A stretch of DNA of 48,755 nt from Candidatus Micrarchaeota archaeon (GCA_043827025.1 JBDRPL010000007.1:1-48755); one strand, 5' to 3'; shown: positions 29,928-40,877, counted from the first letter of the stretch. Translations and numbers: made by a program. Notes: a model not told the origin generated them from the letters alone.

Positions 29928-31367
29928 ATGGGAAGGGATAATGGGCTGAAGCTGGCCTCGCTTGCGAAAATTCTTAGAACGACAGAAGAATCGCTAAGGG
30001 CAAGGATTGACCATCAAATGATTTTGCTTGACGATTCTGAAAGTGCAAGAATAAGGAACACGTATCCGCATGGAGCGCCTGAATTAAGAGGCGGAGTACA
30101 ACTTATTTTAACAGAAGAAAAAGCCGTTGAACGCACACCCGCGCCAAAGAAAGAGTTTGAAGACGAGGCGCCTGGACATGAGTACGATTTATTGGAAACT
30201 ACAACAAGAAATGCGATTGCAGATGAATTGTCAAAAGGACCTAATCAAACAGAAGTGCGGAAACTTGTAGGCAAACTCTCTGAAACCTGGGGCTGTGAGG
30301 AGGCAAAGGAAATTCTAATTGCAGAGCTAAGGGCAAGCAAAGCAAATAGGCGAAACATCACTGGAGTTTGCATAGCTGCACTGCGAGATGACTTTGCACA
30401 GTCACATGCAAAAGAGATATTATTTGAAAATGCAAAAACAGATGAAGAAACAAGAGACCATCTGATAAATTCATGTTTGGCTGCACTGAAAAACCCTTCT
30501 AGACGAGTTGCTGCGAAAGAAGTACTGGTTGAACTTGCAGGAAGGAATCCTGCAGATAGAAAGAAGATTGTTGGGAGAGGAGTAAGGTCGTTGAAACCTG
30601 ATGTTATACCTGTGCATGAAATGGAAGATAGAACAGACGTTCAAACGGATCGATTCGAAATACTCAAAGAGATGCTTGTTGAGGTAGCAGATTTTGATGC
30701 AAAGCTTGTTGCTGGAAACTGCACGATTACACTTGGAGATAAATTGATAAACGAACGTTCGGCAGAAGTTCTGCTCGAGGTTGCGAAAAAACACCCTGGG
30801 GAAGTTGCAAAGCCATGCTGCAAGGCACTTTGCAATCCAAATTGCAGAGCATATGCAGAAAGCGTTTTGATGGGAGTTTCGAAGATAGATGTTGAAGCAT
30901 CTGTCAAACCACTTGTTGGTGCATTGGAAGATGATTCTCGATTCGAGGTTGCCAAAAGAATACTGCTTAGGATATCAGTAACAGATGTAAAAATAGTCAT
31001 TGGCAAATGTATGCCTGCGCTTGCAAATGCTGAAAGAAAGGAAAGTGTTAAAACAGTTTTGCTTGAAATCGCAGGACAAAACAAAAATAACAAATACCTT
31101 GTCGCAGAAGGCTGTGTCATGAACCTTAAAGATACCAGGGACGATATATGCCAAGAAATGCTTATAGGATTGGCAAGGGAAGATGTTAGGTTGCAAACAA
31201 GATTGATGACCTGGGATGATAAACCTGGATTCCCTGAAAGAAGATCAAAAATCTTGGAGATAATTGCATTGATACAATCCGCGCAACTGAAAGTTGAGTC
31301 TTTGCCACGCGCCAGAGCAGGAAAAACAGCAACTCAGGCAGGACCAACAAAACTAAGAACTGCATGA
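29928..31367 (+). CDS. Alpha-helical repeat (HEAT/ARM-like) protein
   Basis: Recurring C..AL.......A.E+L.E+A units of roughly 30-35 aa. Confidence 0.7.
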   Translation: MGRDNGLKLASLAKILRTTEESLRARIDHQMILLDDSESARIRNTYPHGAPELRGGVQLILTEEKAVERTPAPKKEFEDEAPGHEYDLLETTTRNAIADELSKGPNQTEVRKLVGKLSETWGCEEAKEILIAELRASKANRRNITGVCIAALRDDFAQSHAKEILFENAKTDEETRDHLINSCLAALKNPSRRVAAKEVLVELAGRNPADRKKIVGRGVRSLKPDVIPVHEMEDRTDVQTDRFEILKEMLVEVADFDAKLVAGNCTITLGDKLINERSAEVLLEVAKKHPGEVAKPCCKALCNPNCRAYAESVLMGVSKIDVEASVKPLVGALEDDSRFEVAKRILLRISVTDVKIVIGKCMPALANAERKESVKTVLLEIAGQNKNNKYLVAEGCVMNLKDTRDDICQEMLIGLAREDVRLQTRLMTWDDKPGFPERRSKILEIIALIQSAQLKVESLPRARAGKTATQAGPTKLRTA

Positions 31368-32294
31368 TTAGGATTTCCCAAGTTCATCCATTACCTTGAA
31401 TGCCTCCTTCAGTTGTTCGTAGTTCACGCATGGCTTTCCCAATTCTTCCGTATCATCGGATAATCTTGGGCATGAAGTATTTACGTAACAGTTAAAGAGC
31501 ATGAAATTCTTCAATGGCAATGGCTCGATTTCGTTTGATACTAGAATCATTGCCTTCTTGCCTCGTTGCTCTAATTCTTTCTTTATTGTTTGCGCTATTT
31601 CGAGATGAAATTGCCCAACTTTTGTTGAAACCAATATGCCAAATGTTTTTGCTTCGATTGCTGCAAGTATTGCACCTTTTCTTTTCTTTCTCAGTTTCTC
31701 TATCTGGTCGTTTATCTGCGTTAATTTTCCAGTCTGAGGCTGGATTACAAAAACAGGCTTGTCTTTTGTTTCGATTGCAAGAGCATGGAACACCCCATCC
31801 CCTACAAAAAGTATTGCATCCGCCTTGTCTGCCACTTTTGTGACTGCAAGCGCATCGCATCCCAATACCTGGCCTTTTTCTGAAGCATTCACTCCTTTTT
31901 CAATTAGCACAGCATGACCATTCTTTTCAAGAATTTGCTTCATTTTGTCAAGCTGGTGGATATGTTGGATGGTTGTTGCTAGCGAAAGGGTTTTGTATTT
32001 AGACAGTTCGCTGATTGATCTAGCAAAGAGTTCGAGATTCACGTCAATATAATACAAGATATATTCGATTTCGATTTCATTCGAAAGCTTTTTCGTTGCC
32101 GAAATAAATCTTGCATGGCCAAAATGAATTATCTTATCAGCTTTAACAGCCTTTGCCTCTTCAATCGAAAGATCACATGCCCCATAGCACGGAGCTGAGG
32201 CTATGAAGACCTCATGGCCTTGCTTTTCGTATTTTTCCTGGTACTGAAGGGCTTCTCGTTTTAAACCCTCAGGGAATTGCAGTAGGATTCGCAT
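31368..32294 (-). CDS. dph2: Diphthamide biosynthesis Fe-S enzyme Dph2
   Basis: LQFPEGLK, PCYGACD, HFGH, GQVLGCD, CPRL. Confidence 0.96.
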   Translation of the reverse strand: MRILLQFPEGLKREALQYQEKYEKQGHEVFIASAPCYGACDLSIEEAKAVKADKIIHFGHARFISATKKLSNEIEIEYILYYIDVNLELFARSISELSKYKTLSLATTIQHIHQLDKMKQILEKNGHAVLIEKGVNASEKGQVLGCDALAVTKVADKADAILFVGDGVFHALAIETKDKPVFVIQPQTGKLTQINDQIEKLRKKRKGAILAAIEAKTFGILVSTKVGQFHLEIAQTIKKELEQRGKKAMILVSNEIEPLPLKNFMLFNCYVNTSCPRLSDDTEELGKPCVNYEQLKEAFKVMDELGKS

Positions 32295-32403
32295 AATATG
32301 CCTAGTTTTGTATTAGAAGGATACATTTATATTCATAACTAATCACAATAAATCCACGAATTCTCACAAACAAGCGAGAGGCTCAGAGGATCACAACAAA
32401 ACC

Positions 32404-32431
32404 ACTCCAATGCCAAGCAAACTATTTGCTG
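32404..32431. repeat. 28-bp imperfect direct repeat, copy 1
   Basis: actccaatgccaagcaaactatttgctg; 25/28 identical to 33312..33339. Confidence 0.7.
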
Positions 32432-33165
32432 TAATCCACAAAAACATCATAAGAAGTGATCCTATGGGATTTGCTTGGATGTGCAACAACAAATGAAACA
32501 AATTTCCTATCGCCTGCTTTCAGGCCCTCTCCATCTTTTAATGCTACATCAGTTCCAATAGAAACAACATTCCCTTCAGCATCATAAAAGATAGCATTCA
32601 CCCAATAGGAAGGGGACTGTTCGCTTCCTTCATTGACAATATAGCCATCTAATTTGTAATAGCCACCCGCATCTTGAGCTTGATCTTCGTAGAATTTTAA
32701 GTAGGTATATGGTTCAGATTCATCTATAGAAAAGGTACTTGTAGCTGCTTCATATTTGTCTTGATAACTCTTGACTGAAAACCCTCCCATGTCAAAAGCA
32801 CCATACTCTCCTGGAGCAAGCCTGCTTGGTTTAACTATAATGTCCTCAAAAACCTCTTTTTCCCCAGATGATTTGTATCTTGTTATTGAAGCACGAACAT
32901 GTTTTAATGGAACGTCTCCGGTGTTTTTTACAACCCCACCAACATGATAATATTGATTAATACCTGTATCAACTACAAATATTGAACTTTTTATTAAAGT
33001 TGTTTCAGGAGAAGGTTCCACAGGTCCAACAGGTGCAACAACAGGATCATCTGCAGGGACTTCCGAAGAGATCGCTGGAATATCAGGTGGTGAAGTGGGA
33101 CTAACACAGCCTAAAACCAAAGCCATTGAAAAAGCCAAAAGAAAAAATAAATATTCAGATCTCAT
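32422..33165 (-). CDS. Putative lipoprotein with two FxLYD-like Ig-fold domains
   Basis: Signal ending VLGC, Pro-rich linker, G.V.N.G...L.PGE...F and FYDAEGNVV motifs. Confidence 0.75.
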   Translation of the reverse strand: MRSEYLFFLLAFSMALVLGCVSPTSPPDIPAISSEVPADDPVVAPVGPVEPSPETTLIKSSIFVVDTGINQYYHVGGVVKNTGDVPLKHVRASITRYKSSGEKEVFEDIIVKPSRLAPGEYGAFDMGGFSVKSYQDKYEAATSTFSIDESEPYTYLKFYEDQAQDAGGYYKLDGYIVNEGSEQSPSYWVNAIFYDAEGNVVSIGTDVALKDGEGLKAGDRKFVSFVVAHPSKSHRITSYDVFVDYSK

Positions 33166-33226
33166 AAAAGGAATAAGAAAAATAAATTTATAAAGGAAAG
33201 TATAAGGTTTTGACAAGATACAATGT

Positions 33227-33781
33227 CTACTTAGACCCTCCAGCCAAATACCCTCCAAGGCCAATAACCCAGAGTATAGCGGGATATGCAATCATCCTTT
33301 CCATTCCACCTACTCCAATGCCAAGCAGATTATTTGTTGCGAATAGCAGGATTGCAGCGAAAATGAATAGTCCTATGATAAGCGATAGGTAATTGAAAGG
33401 CTTCCTGACAATTGTGTAGGCGTAAAGTGCTGAAACACCTGAAAAGACGAATGCGAATAATGCAGATATCCCATGCAACTGCGCCATGTTTTCTGGGAAC
33501 ATTCCAACGCCAATTGCACCCAAACCACTGGCAATTAGAACCATTGAAAATTTGGAAAATGACCTGGAGAAAAGATAGGCAGCATAAACAACGCAACTGC
33601 CAAAAATAATTATTGAAGCATTGAAAATCAATGCACTTGGACCAACGCCAAGATCGCTTATGTAATCATTTGCAATGCTGTAGCCAGGATAAAGAGATTC
33701 TGCGATTACCATGGCAAGAATGAACTGCATCCCACCAACCATCAGAAGCATTCCTTCCCTTAGATAATTACGCGATTCCAT
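33227..33781 (-). CDS. DUF998-family membrane protein
   Basis: YPGYS....ISDLG, GVGMFPE, LGIGVGGMERM. Confidence 0.85.
   Translation of the reverse strand: MESRNYLREGMLLMVGGMQFILAMVIAESLYPGYSIANDYISDLGVGPSALIFNASIIIFGSCVVYAAYLFSRSFSKFSMVLIASGLGAIGVGMFPENMAQLHGISALFAFVFSGVSALYAYTIVRKPFNYLSLIIGLFIFAAILLFATNNLLGIGVGGMERMIAYPAILWVIGLGGYLAGGSK
33312..33339. repeat. 28-bp imperfect direct repeat, copy 2
   Basis: actccaatgccaagcagattatttgttg, inside the DUF998 gene. Confidence 0.7.
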
Positions 33782-33834
33782 AATCGAATAATAGATGTCA
33801 AGATTTAAATCAATTAACTCCATTAACAACATGC

Positions 33835-35142
33835 ATGATCAAAGGAATCTGGCATTCTAAAACTGCTTTCATACTTGCATCCATAGGTGCAGCCGTTGGC
33901 ATAGGCAACATTTGGCGATTCCCTTATATAGCAAGCGAAAACGGAGGCATCTGGTTCCTCATACCCTATTTTGTCTGCATTATAGTAGTAGGAATACCTC
34001 TTTTCCTGATGGAAACGGGACAGGGCTTCTTGTCAAAAAAAGAGTTCATGAAGGCAGTGGAAACAAGTAAAAATCTGCCTTTTGTAAAAAAATTCATGAG
34101 GAATATGATTGGAGCATTTCCAATCATAGTAATTCTTGTTATCACTGCATATTACATGGCCATAACAAGCTGGATACTCTGGTTTGCAATTCAGTTCCTA
34201 ATGGGAAATGCAGTAACATTCGGGGAGATGGCGCAAGAATACTCTCCTATATTCGCATTTATTGCAGTATTCGCAGCAGGATATTATATAGCGCTCAAAA
34301 ACATAAACAAAGGAATTGAGCCAGCTACAAAAGTGCTTGTGCCGCTATTCTTCGTGCTCCTTGTGGCACTGCTTATATATTCATTATCTCTGCCAAACTC
34401 AATAGACCACCTGCAAACCGCATTCAATGGAGGGCCTGACAAGATATTTGAACCCAAAACATGGTACTACGCCCTCTCGCAGACATTATTCTCATTATCA
34501 GTAGGATACGGAATAATATTTACTTATGGAACCCACATCAAAACAGGAAAGATGATCTATTCATCTACATTCGAGGTTGCGGCTGCTGACCTCATTGCAT
34601 CATTGATTGCATTCTCCACAATAGCAATACTAAGCGGTGTTCTTGGGACTCATGCATCTGGAATAGGGTTATCCTTTGACATCCTGCCACCATTCTTTGA
34701 AAACCAAGGAACCATAGGATTAGTATTAGGCGTAATATTCTTCATATTATTGTTCTCAGCTGCATTCAGCTCTCTGATAGCTATGCTGAATCACATAAAT
34801 ACTTCGATTTCTTTCATGCAGACATCTAAAAAGGCAATTGTAGCTGCAGCAATATTTGCAATAGGGCTTGCCTCAATACTTTCATATTCCCCACTAAAAC
34901 TAGATATATTTGGAAAACCTGTGCTTGACCAACTAGATTTCCTATTTGGAACATTCCTTGCACCATTTTGCGCAATTGCCATAGTAATATGCTGCGCATA
35001 TTTCCTGCCCCATGAAGATATAGCCAAATCAATTGGAATTCCAAAGAAATATCACAAGATTTTCATCATGCTAATACAAAAAATAATCCCGACCTTGCTT
35101 ATACTACTGATACTATTTTCGCAGATTTCAGGGCTTTATTGA
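33835..35142 (+). CDS. Sodium-dependent transporter, NSS (SNF) family
   Basis: AVGIGNIWRFPY, GG..FLIPY, QTLFSLSVG. Confidence 0.94.
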   Translation: MIKGIWHSKTAFILASIGAAVGIGNIWRFPYIASENGGIWFLIPYFVCIIVVGIPLFLMETGQGFLSKKEFMKAVETSKNLPFVKKFMRNMIGAFPIIVILVITAYYMAITSWILWFAIQFLMGNAVTFGEMAQEYSPIFAFIAVFAAGYYIALKNINKGIEPATKVLVPLFFVLLVALLIYSLSLPNSIDHLQTAFNGGPDKIFEPKTWYYALSQTLFSLSVGYGIIFTYGTHIKTGKMIYSSTFEVAAADLIASLIAFSTIAILSGVLGTHASGIGLSFDILPPFFENQGTIGLVLGVIFFILLFSAAFSSLIAMLNHINTSISFMQTSKKAIVAAAIFAIGLASILSYSPLKLDIFGKPVLDQLDFLFGTFLAPFCAIAIVICCAYFLPHEDIAKSIGIPKKYHKIFIMLIQKIIPTLLILLILFSQISGLY

Positions 35143-35157
35143 AAAAGATTCGGCAAA

Positions 35158-36132
35158 TCACGGAACAGAACCGGTAAAAACCCCTGCCTGAAAATAGAAA
35201 ATTGTCACAATATATATCAGATAAACGACTAAAAAAAGAGCGCCCGTATTCTTGCTTAGCGCCGAAGTTGTGGAAGCAAAGTAGAATAGGAATATGTTCG
35301 CAACAATTGCAAATAGAAGTGCGATTATTAAAACGTGCAAAACCACGGATACTGGATTTATAATTACGGCCACTCCCAAAACAAGAGTCAGGTTCATCAT
35401 GTTGCTGCCTATGGCATCACCAATAGCCAGGCCATAATGACCCTTGCGCACTGCCTGTAAATCCACTGACAGTTCTGGAAGAGAGGTTCCTATTGCAATG
35501 ATAGTGGCACCAATAAAACTCTTGGCTAACCCAAAGGTTTCCGCAATAGTTACTGAATATTCAACAACAAAACCAGAACTTATGAGCACAAGAATTATAA
35601 AAAAGCAGAAATAAATAAATGAAGAAAGTGCTTCTTTTTTAGTGACGGTCGAACGGCCATCCAAATCGAATTTTCTTTTTGAAAAAACAGAGTAGACATA
35701 GAAGATAAATAAGAGCAAAAGTACAAACCCCTCAAAAAAACCTATAGAACCCCCTAAAACAAGGCTATTGAATATTATGTAAAGTGAAATCAAAGTAGTT
35801 AAAACAAGCACCAGGGCAATGTCTTTCAGATTGGCCTTTTTCAGTTTAATCCCATAAAGAAAAGCTGCGATGCCTAGTATCAAGAGTATGTTTGATATGT
35901 TCGAACCGAAAACATTACCTACTGCTATTGCACCTTCACCCAAAGTAGAAGATATGACTGAAACAGAAAGTTCTGGAAGGGATGTTGAAAACGAAATCAA
36001 AAGGAACCCAAGGGCCATCTGGTTGATTCCAAAAAATGTAGACAATTTGATTGCGTTATCTACCACATAGCTTGAAGATTTCGCAAGTACTGCCAGAAAA
36101 AACAAAAGCACCAAAAAATCAAAAAAAACCAT
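35158..36132 (-). CDS. Na+/Ca2+ (CaCA family) antiporter
   Basis: Two alpha repeats STSLPE..GNVFGSN and GTSLPE..GDAIGSN; start placed at MVFFDF. Confidence 0.93.
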   Translation of the reverse strand: MVFFDFLVLLFFLAVLAKSSSYVVDNAIKLSTFFGINQMALGFLLISFSTSLPELSVSVISSTLGEGAIAVGNVFGSNISNILLILGIAAFLYGIKLKKANLKDIALVLVLTTLISLYIIFNSLVLGGSIGFFEGFVLLLLFIFYVYSVFSKRKFDLDGRSTVTKKEALSSFIYFCFFIILVLISSGFVVEYSVTIAETFGLAKSFIGATIIAIGTSLPELSVDLQAVRKGHYGLAIGDAIGSNMMNLTLVLGVAVIINPVSVVLHVLIIALLFAIVANIFLFYFASTTSALSKNTGALFLVVYLIYIVTIFYFQAGVFTGSVP

Positions 36133-36196
36133 ATTCAAACCAATAACAAAATAATGAACATGTATCTTTTTTAATATTCGTGACAAAAACAGAAGT

Positions 36197-37486
36197 ATGG
36201 CTATTACTGTGGAGAGTTCGTTCCTTATACTAGGAGGCATACTTTTCATAGGGTATCTAGGAGAGATCGTGGCAAAAAAGTTCTCGATACCCAGCGCACT
36301 TCTACTGTTAATTATAGGATATCTCCTTAGGGTAAGCGGACAGGTAGAACCCAGCGGGCTTCTGGGAATCCAGGAATTGTTCAGCGCCCTTGCACTTATA
36401 GTTCTTCTGTTCGACGGAGGATTGTCCCTTGACATCTACGAAGTGGTGTTCAAGAGCCAACGAGTCATGGTGATGGCAATGGTTACAATGGCTCTTGGGA
36501 TATTGTGTTCAGCAGCATTATCCATAATCCTAGGCATTGATCTTTTGTTAGGTGCCATAATTGGCGCAATAGCCGGAGGCATAGGATCAACAACTACAAT
36601 ATCAATGGTCAGAAACCTTTCAATACCGAGCTCCATAAAGAATTTCCTCACTCTGGAATCATCCATAACTGATGTTCTTTCTATTATACTCACAATAGTC
36701 CTCACTCAGGCAATTATCTCAGGGGCGATAGATGTCCAAATCATAGGGCAGGGAATACTCTCGAAATTTTCAGTAGGAGTTTTCCTAGGGCTCATAGTGG
36801 GGATATTATCTCTCATAACACTAGCAAAACTTGAAAAAGGATACAAGTATATGATGACTTTTGCAATAGTCCTGGTGTTGTTTGGAGTAACTGAGATGAT
36901 GTCTGGAAGCGGGGCAATAGCAGTCCTGGTTTTGGGAATAGTATTCGGAAACGAACACAGCATATCTAAGATATTCAGGCTGAAAAACGCAGGAAAGACA
37001 ATAAGATTGAAAGAATTCCAAACTGAAGTGTCTTTCTTCGTAAGGACATTTTTCTTCGTATTCCTAGGTATAATAGTTACAATAGGAAGCCTTGAGAATT
37101 TCATGATAGGATTAGGATTGACTGTGATGTTCTATTTCATAAGAAGTCTCTCTGTACGAATATCTACTTTCAACTCGCCACTCGCTGAATTCAGAAAAAT
37201 CCTGACTGCAATTGGCCCAAGAGGCCTGGCAACTGCGGTCTTGGCGACCTATCCTATTTTGATGATACAATCGGCCATAGCCGAAGACCCTGGAAATCAG
37301 AACCTCATGAAACTGCTATCGCAGGTAGCCGGCATCTCTGAGATTTCGTTCTACATAATCCTGCTCAGCATAATCGGCACGACAATTGCAGTACCAATAG
37401 TTGCAAATGGAAATGGGAAAGAAAAGGAAGACACGGAAGATAAAAAGGAAGAACAAAAAAAAGAGAAAGATAAAAAAGAAGACTGA
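36197..37486 (+). CDS. Cation:proton antiporter, CPA1/NhaP type
   Basis: LLFDGG, LESSITD, FFVRTFFFV, GPRGLA. Confidence 0.92.
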   Translation: MAITVESSFLILGGILFIGYLGEIVAKKFSIPSALLLLIIGYLLRVSGQVEPSGLLGIQELFSALALIVLLFDGGLSLDIYEVVFKSQRVMVMAMVTMALGILCSAALSIILGIDLLLGAIIGAIAGGIGSTTTISMVRNLSIPSSIKNFLTLESSITDVLSIILTIVLTQAIISGAIDVQIIGQGILSKFSVGVFLGLIVGILSLITLAKLEKGYKYMMTFAIVLVLFGVTEMMSGSGAIAVLVLGIVFGNEHSISKIFRLKNAGKTIRLKEFQTEVSFFVRTFFFVFLGIIVTIGSLENFMIGLGLTVMFYFIRSLSVRISTFNSPLAEFRKILTAIGPRGLATAVLATYPILMIQSAIAEDPGNQNLMKLLSQVAGISEISFYIILLSIIGTTIAVPIVANGNGKEKEDTEDKKEEQKKEKDKKED

Positions 37487-37538
37487 TTCTTAAGATCATT
37501 GTGAACCAATTATCCACATCTCCTGATTATTCTATTAT

Positions 37539-39902
37539 TTAATAATCAAGATCCTTAGCATCCTTCTTCGAAGTGAGTTCAGCAAGCCGCTTCAGCATGA
37601 TTTTCTGTTCTGCGCTTGCAACTATCCTTCTTGTCCTTTCAACAGCATCAGGATTAACTGACATGGAGGTTATCCCGAATTCAACGAGCTTCTCTGCAAA
37701 CTCAGGATAAACAGAAGGCGCCTGTCCACATAAAGAAGTTGTGACACCATATTTGTTACAAATAGTGATGACCCTCTTAAGAGACCTAAGAACTGCTTCG
37801 TTCCTTTCATCGAATCCTTTTGCAAGAGTTGCATTATCCCTGTCAATGCCCAAAGTCAGCTGAGTAAGGTCATTCGTTCCGATAGAAATGCCATCAATGC
37901 CAACTTCACAGAATTGATCAATCAAAACGACAGTGCTCGGAACTTCAACCATGATCCATAATTTAAAGTCCCTTGTCCTATAGAGGCCAACACTCTGAAG
38001 CATTTCATTAATTGCTTTCATCTCCCCAATCCTTCTTACAAATGGAATCATAAGCCAAAGGTTCCTTAGATTAAATTCATCCCGGACTTTCTTCATAGCT
38101 TCAAGTTCCATCTTGAAAATCTCAGGCTCTTGGATATACCTTGCAGCTCCACGATAACCCATCATAGGATTTTCTTCGTGAGGTTCATACTTGTCTCCGC
38201 CGGGCAGGTTCCGATATTCATTTGTTTTAAAGTCCGTTGCCCGATATACAACAGGCCTTGGATAAAATGCAGCTGCGAACCTTCGCATATCATCTGCCAA
38301 TTTACTGATGAACTCATCTTTCTTGCCATCCTCATACATTTTCTTTGGATGGGCGCCCATATCGGCTACGATAAATTCCGCTCTCAAAAGCCCTACGCCG
38401 TCTGCTGGAAGTTTTGCAACTTTCTCAGCAAGTTCTACATTCGCCAGGTTGACATAGATTTTTGTGCCTGTCACTGGAACAGATTGAAGCATTACTCCAG
38501 CATCGCTCGCGCTCTTTTTTTCTTCCCCTAATGAAATGAACCCTTCATAAACTATTCCATGGGTGCCGTCAACAGTTATGTCCTGCCCTATTTTGAGGAT
38601 TGAGGTTGCATGTCCAGCCCCTACAATGCAAGGAACACCTAGCTCACGCGAAACTATTGCCGCATGGCTCGTCATCCCACCAGTATCAGTGACTATAGCC
38701 GCTGCCTTTTTCATTGCAGGAACAAAATCGGGAGTTGTCATCTCAGTTACAAGGATATCTCCTTTGACCATGTTCTTGATTTCTGCAGAAGATGCGATAA
38801 AATTCACACGCCCTCTTCCAACCCCGGGAGATGATGCCAGTCCTTTGAGAAGCACTTTTGCATCCTTCACGCCCTTTTCTTCTCCATTACTTTCATTTTT
38901 TTCAGTTTCTTTAGACTCCATCTCCTTCACCCCTTTCAAAGTCGTAATAGGCCTTGATTGTACGATATAGATATTGTTTTTTTCTATAGCATATTCAATA
39001 TCTTGCGGCTTGCCATAGTGCTCTTCTATCCTAATGGAAATTTTCACAAGATCCTTGATTTCTGCATCAGAAAGTTTCTGAATTTCCTGAGCCTCTTCCT
39101 TTATATTCACGCGCCGATTCTCATTTCCAACGCGTATGAGCATCCAAGTCTGCTTAGAAATTTTTGCATCTACAACCTTCAACTGACTCTTAACGATCCT
39201 ATAAGTATCAGGAGTGATTTGGCCGCTGACAACAGTTTCGCCAAGCCCGTATCCTGTTTCTATAGACATAATGTCAGGATCCTGATAAACAGGGTCCACA
39301 GTGAAGATGACTCCGCTCCTTTCACTCTGCACCATCATCTGGACAACTGCTGCCAAACCAACCTTCATGTGCTCGAAGTTGTTCTGCACCCTGTAGAAGA
39401 TGGCTCGAGGTTCAAATAAAGAAGCCCAACACTTCTTGACCGCATCTATTACGTTGACAGTCCCTTTGACATTAAGGTATGTGGATTGCTGGCCTGCAAA
39501 AGAGGCTTCGGGAAGGTCTTCAGCAGTTGCACTTGACCTTACAGCAACGTAAACTTCACGACCAGCGCGTTCGCATAGTTTTTCGTAAGACTTCACAATC
39601 TCGTCATGAAGCTCTGTTGGAATGATTCCGTTTACAATTATTTCCTTTATCTTCTCGGACGCAAGATTCAACGCATCATTATCATCAACATCAAGGCCTT
39701 CGAGAACACTAGCCATTGGACCAATCAAATCATTTTTTTCAAGATATTTGAAGTAAGCCCCACTTGTCACCACATATCCAGGAGGAACTGGAAACCCTGC
39801 TGCAGACATTTCCCCAAGGTTTGCACCTTTTCCCCCAGCTTCCTTTATGCTATTCTTGCTCAGCTCTTCAAACCACATTACATTCTTCATGATACCCACC
39901 AA
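37539..39902 (-). CDS. ppsA: Phosphoenolpyruvate synthase
   Basis: GGKGANLGE, VRSSATAEDL..ASFAGQ, GGMTSHAAIVSRE, ENPMMGYRG, SIGTNDLTQ. Confidence 0.98.
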   Translation of the reverse strand: MVGIMKNVMWFEELSKNSIKEAGGKGANLGEMSAAGFPVPPGYVVTSGAYFKYLEKNDLIGPMASVLEGLDVDDNDALNLASEKIKEIIVNGIIPTELHDEIVKSYEKLCERAGREVYVAVRSSATAEDLPEASFAGQQSTYLNVKGTVNVIDAVKKCWASLFEPRAIFYRVQNNFEHMKVGLAAVVQMMVQSERSGVIFTVDPVYQDPDIMSIETGYGLGETVVSGQITPDTYRIVKSQLKVVDAKISKQTWMLIRVGNENRRVNIKEEAQEIQKLSDAEIKDLVKISIRIEEHYGKPQDIEYAIEKNNIYIVQSRPITTLKGVKEMESKETEKNESNGEEKGVKDAKVLLKGLASSPGVGRGRVNFIASSAEIKNMVKGDILVTEMTTPDFVPAMKKAAAIVTDTGGMTSHAAIVSRELGVPCIVGAGHATSILKIGQDITVDGTHGIVYEGFISLGEEKKSASDAGVMLQSVPVTGTKIYVNLANVELAEKVAKLPADGVGLLRAEFIVADMGAHPKKMYEDGKKDEFISKLADDMRRFAAAFYPRPVVYRATDFKTNEYRNLPGGDKYEPHEENPMMGYRGAARYIQEPEIFKMELEAMKKVRDEFNLRNLWLMIPFVRRIGEMKAINEMLQSVGLYRTRDFKLWIMVEVPSTVVLIDQFCEVGIDGISIGTNDLTQLTLGIDRDNATLAKGFDERNEAVLRSLKRVITICNKYGVTTSLCGQAPSVYPEFAEKLVEFGITSMSVNPDAVERTRRIVASAEQKIMLKRLAELTSKKDAKDLDY

Positions 39903-39989
39903 AAAAAGTTGTCTTTATTACTGCGACACGATTTATAAAACTTCCTGGAAAAACTCTGATTTTTAAGCACTTATTTACACAATATTTTC

Positions 39990-40877
39990 ATGAGCCAAAT
40001 ACACAAAGATGCAGAACAGGTAATTACACAAGCCAAAGGGCAGTTTCTGATAGAAAAACTAGAAGGTGGAATTATACGGCTGACAATTTATGGAAGGAAT
40101 ACTTATGGCGGAACAGGACAAGTGGCAATTTCATTGGAGCTTAGCGCAGATAATATAAAACAATTCGAAAAGGCTCTGGCCGGAGATGAAAGGCTCAGAT
40201 TAAAGATGCCCGGCGGTGGCAAAGGAGCATTTGGGGCACTTAGCCCAGGAGGCCTTGCAGATGCACTTATGCGGGAAAAAGAATTTGCCGGAGACCTTTA
40301 TCTGGGAAATCTAATGTCAAAAAGATTTAGAAGGGAATGTGGATTTCGTAGCCCCATAAATGAACAAGCAGGCATGGCCAAAATGATGGAATCTGGAATT
40401 ATGAAAAACGCAGTAACTGGGCTTACAGCATTATTTGAAAGCCGAAAGATAAGACAGAAACCAGAAAAAGAACCTGAACTTGAAAGAATGGCCATAGGAA
40501 ATGGATTTAAGATAACTTTAACACCAACTGAAGCAAGAATTTCATTCGATTGCGACCAGAACATGCAATCCCATCTTTTGTGCAAGAGTATTACAATAAG
40601 GATTACTGATTTCCAGATGCCTAATCTTTTTGACAACCCTAAAGAACTTAAGAGAGAAATGGAAGGATTAGTGTTGCAGAAGATAATTACTCTACTGGAA
40701 AGCAACTGGAGAGATACGGGACATGACGTCCAAGCCGAAAGGGCAGGTATATTACGCATAAGCAAAAAAATATTGTGGAAGCTTGAAAACCCAGAGGAAG
40801 GCATCGAAAAGATAAGTGATGCGAGCGAAACCCTAAAAGGAATCCTCGGAAAAAAAGAGGATCTTGCACAGAAATAA
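39990..40877 (+). CDS. Hypothetical protein
   Basis: 295-aa ORF with upstream TATA-like sequence; no family recognised. Confidence 0.7.
   Translation: MSQIHKDAEQVITQAKGQFLIEKLEGGIIRLTIYGRNTYGGTGQVAISLELSADNIKQFEKALAGDERLRLKMPGGGKGAFGALSPGGLADALMREKEFAGDLYLGNLMSKRFRRECGFRSPINEQAGMAKMMESGIMKNAVTGLTALFESRKIRQKPEKEPELERMAIGNGFKITLTPTEARISFDCDQNMQSHLLCKSITIRITDFQMPNLFDNPKELKREMEGLVLQKIITLLESNWRDTGHDVQAERAGILRISKKILWKLENPEEGIEKISDASETLKGILGKKEDLAQK

Noticed and set aside
36133..36435. Long N-terminal extension of the CaCA ORF overlapping the CPA1 gene (likewise extensions of purC, rnhA, atpI, atpH and the FxLYD gene)
   Set aside because: Artefacts of choosing the most upstream start; family homology begins at internal ATGs
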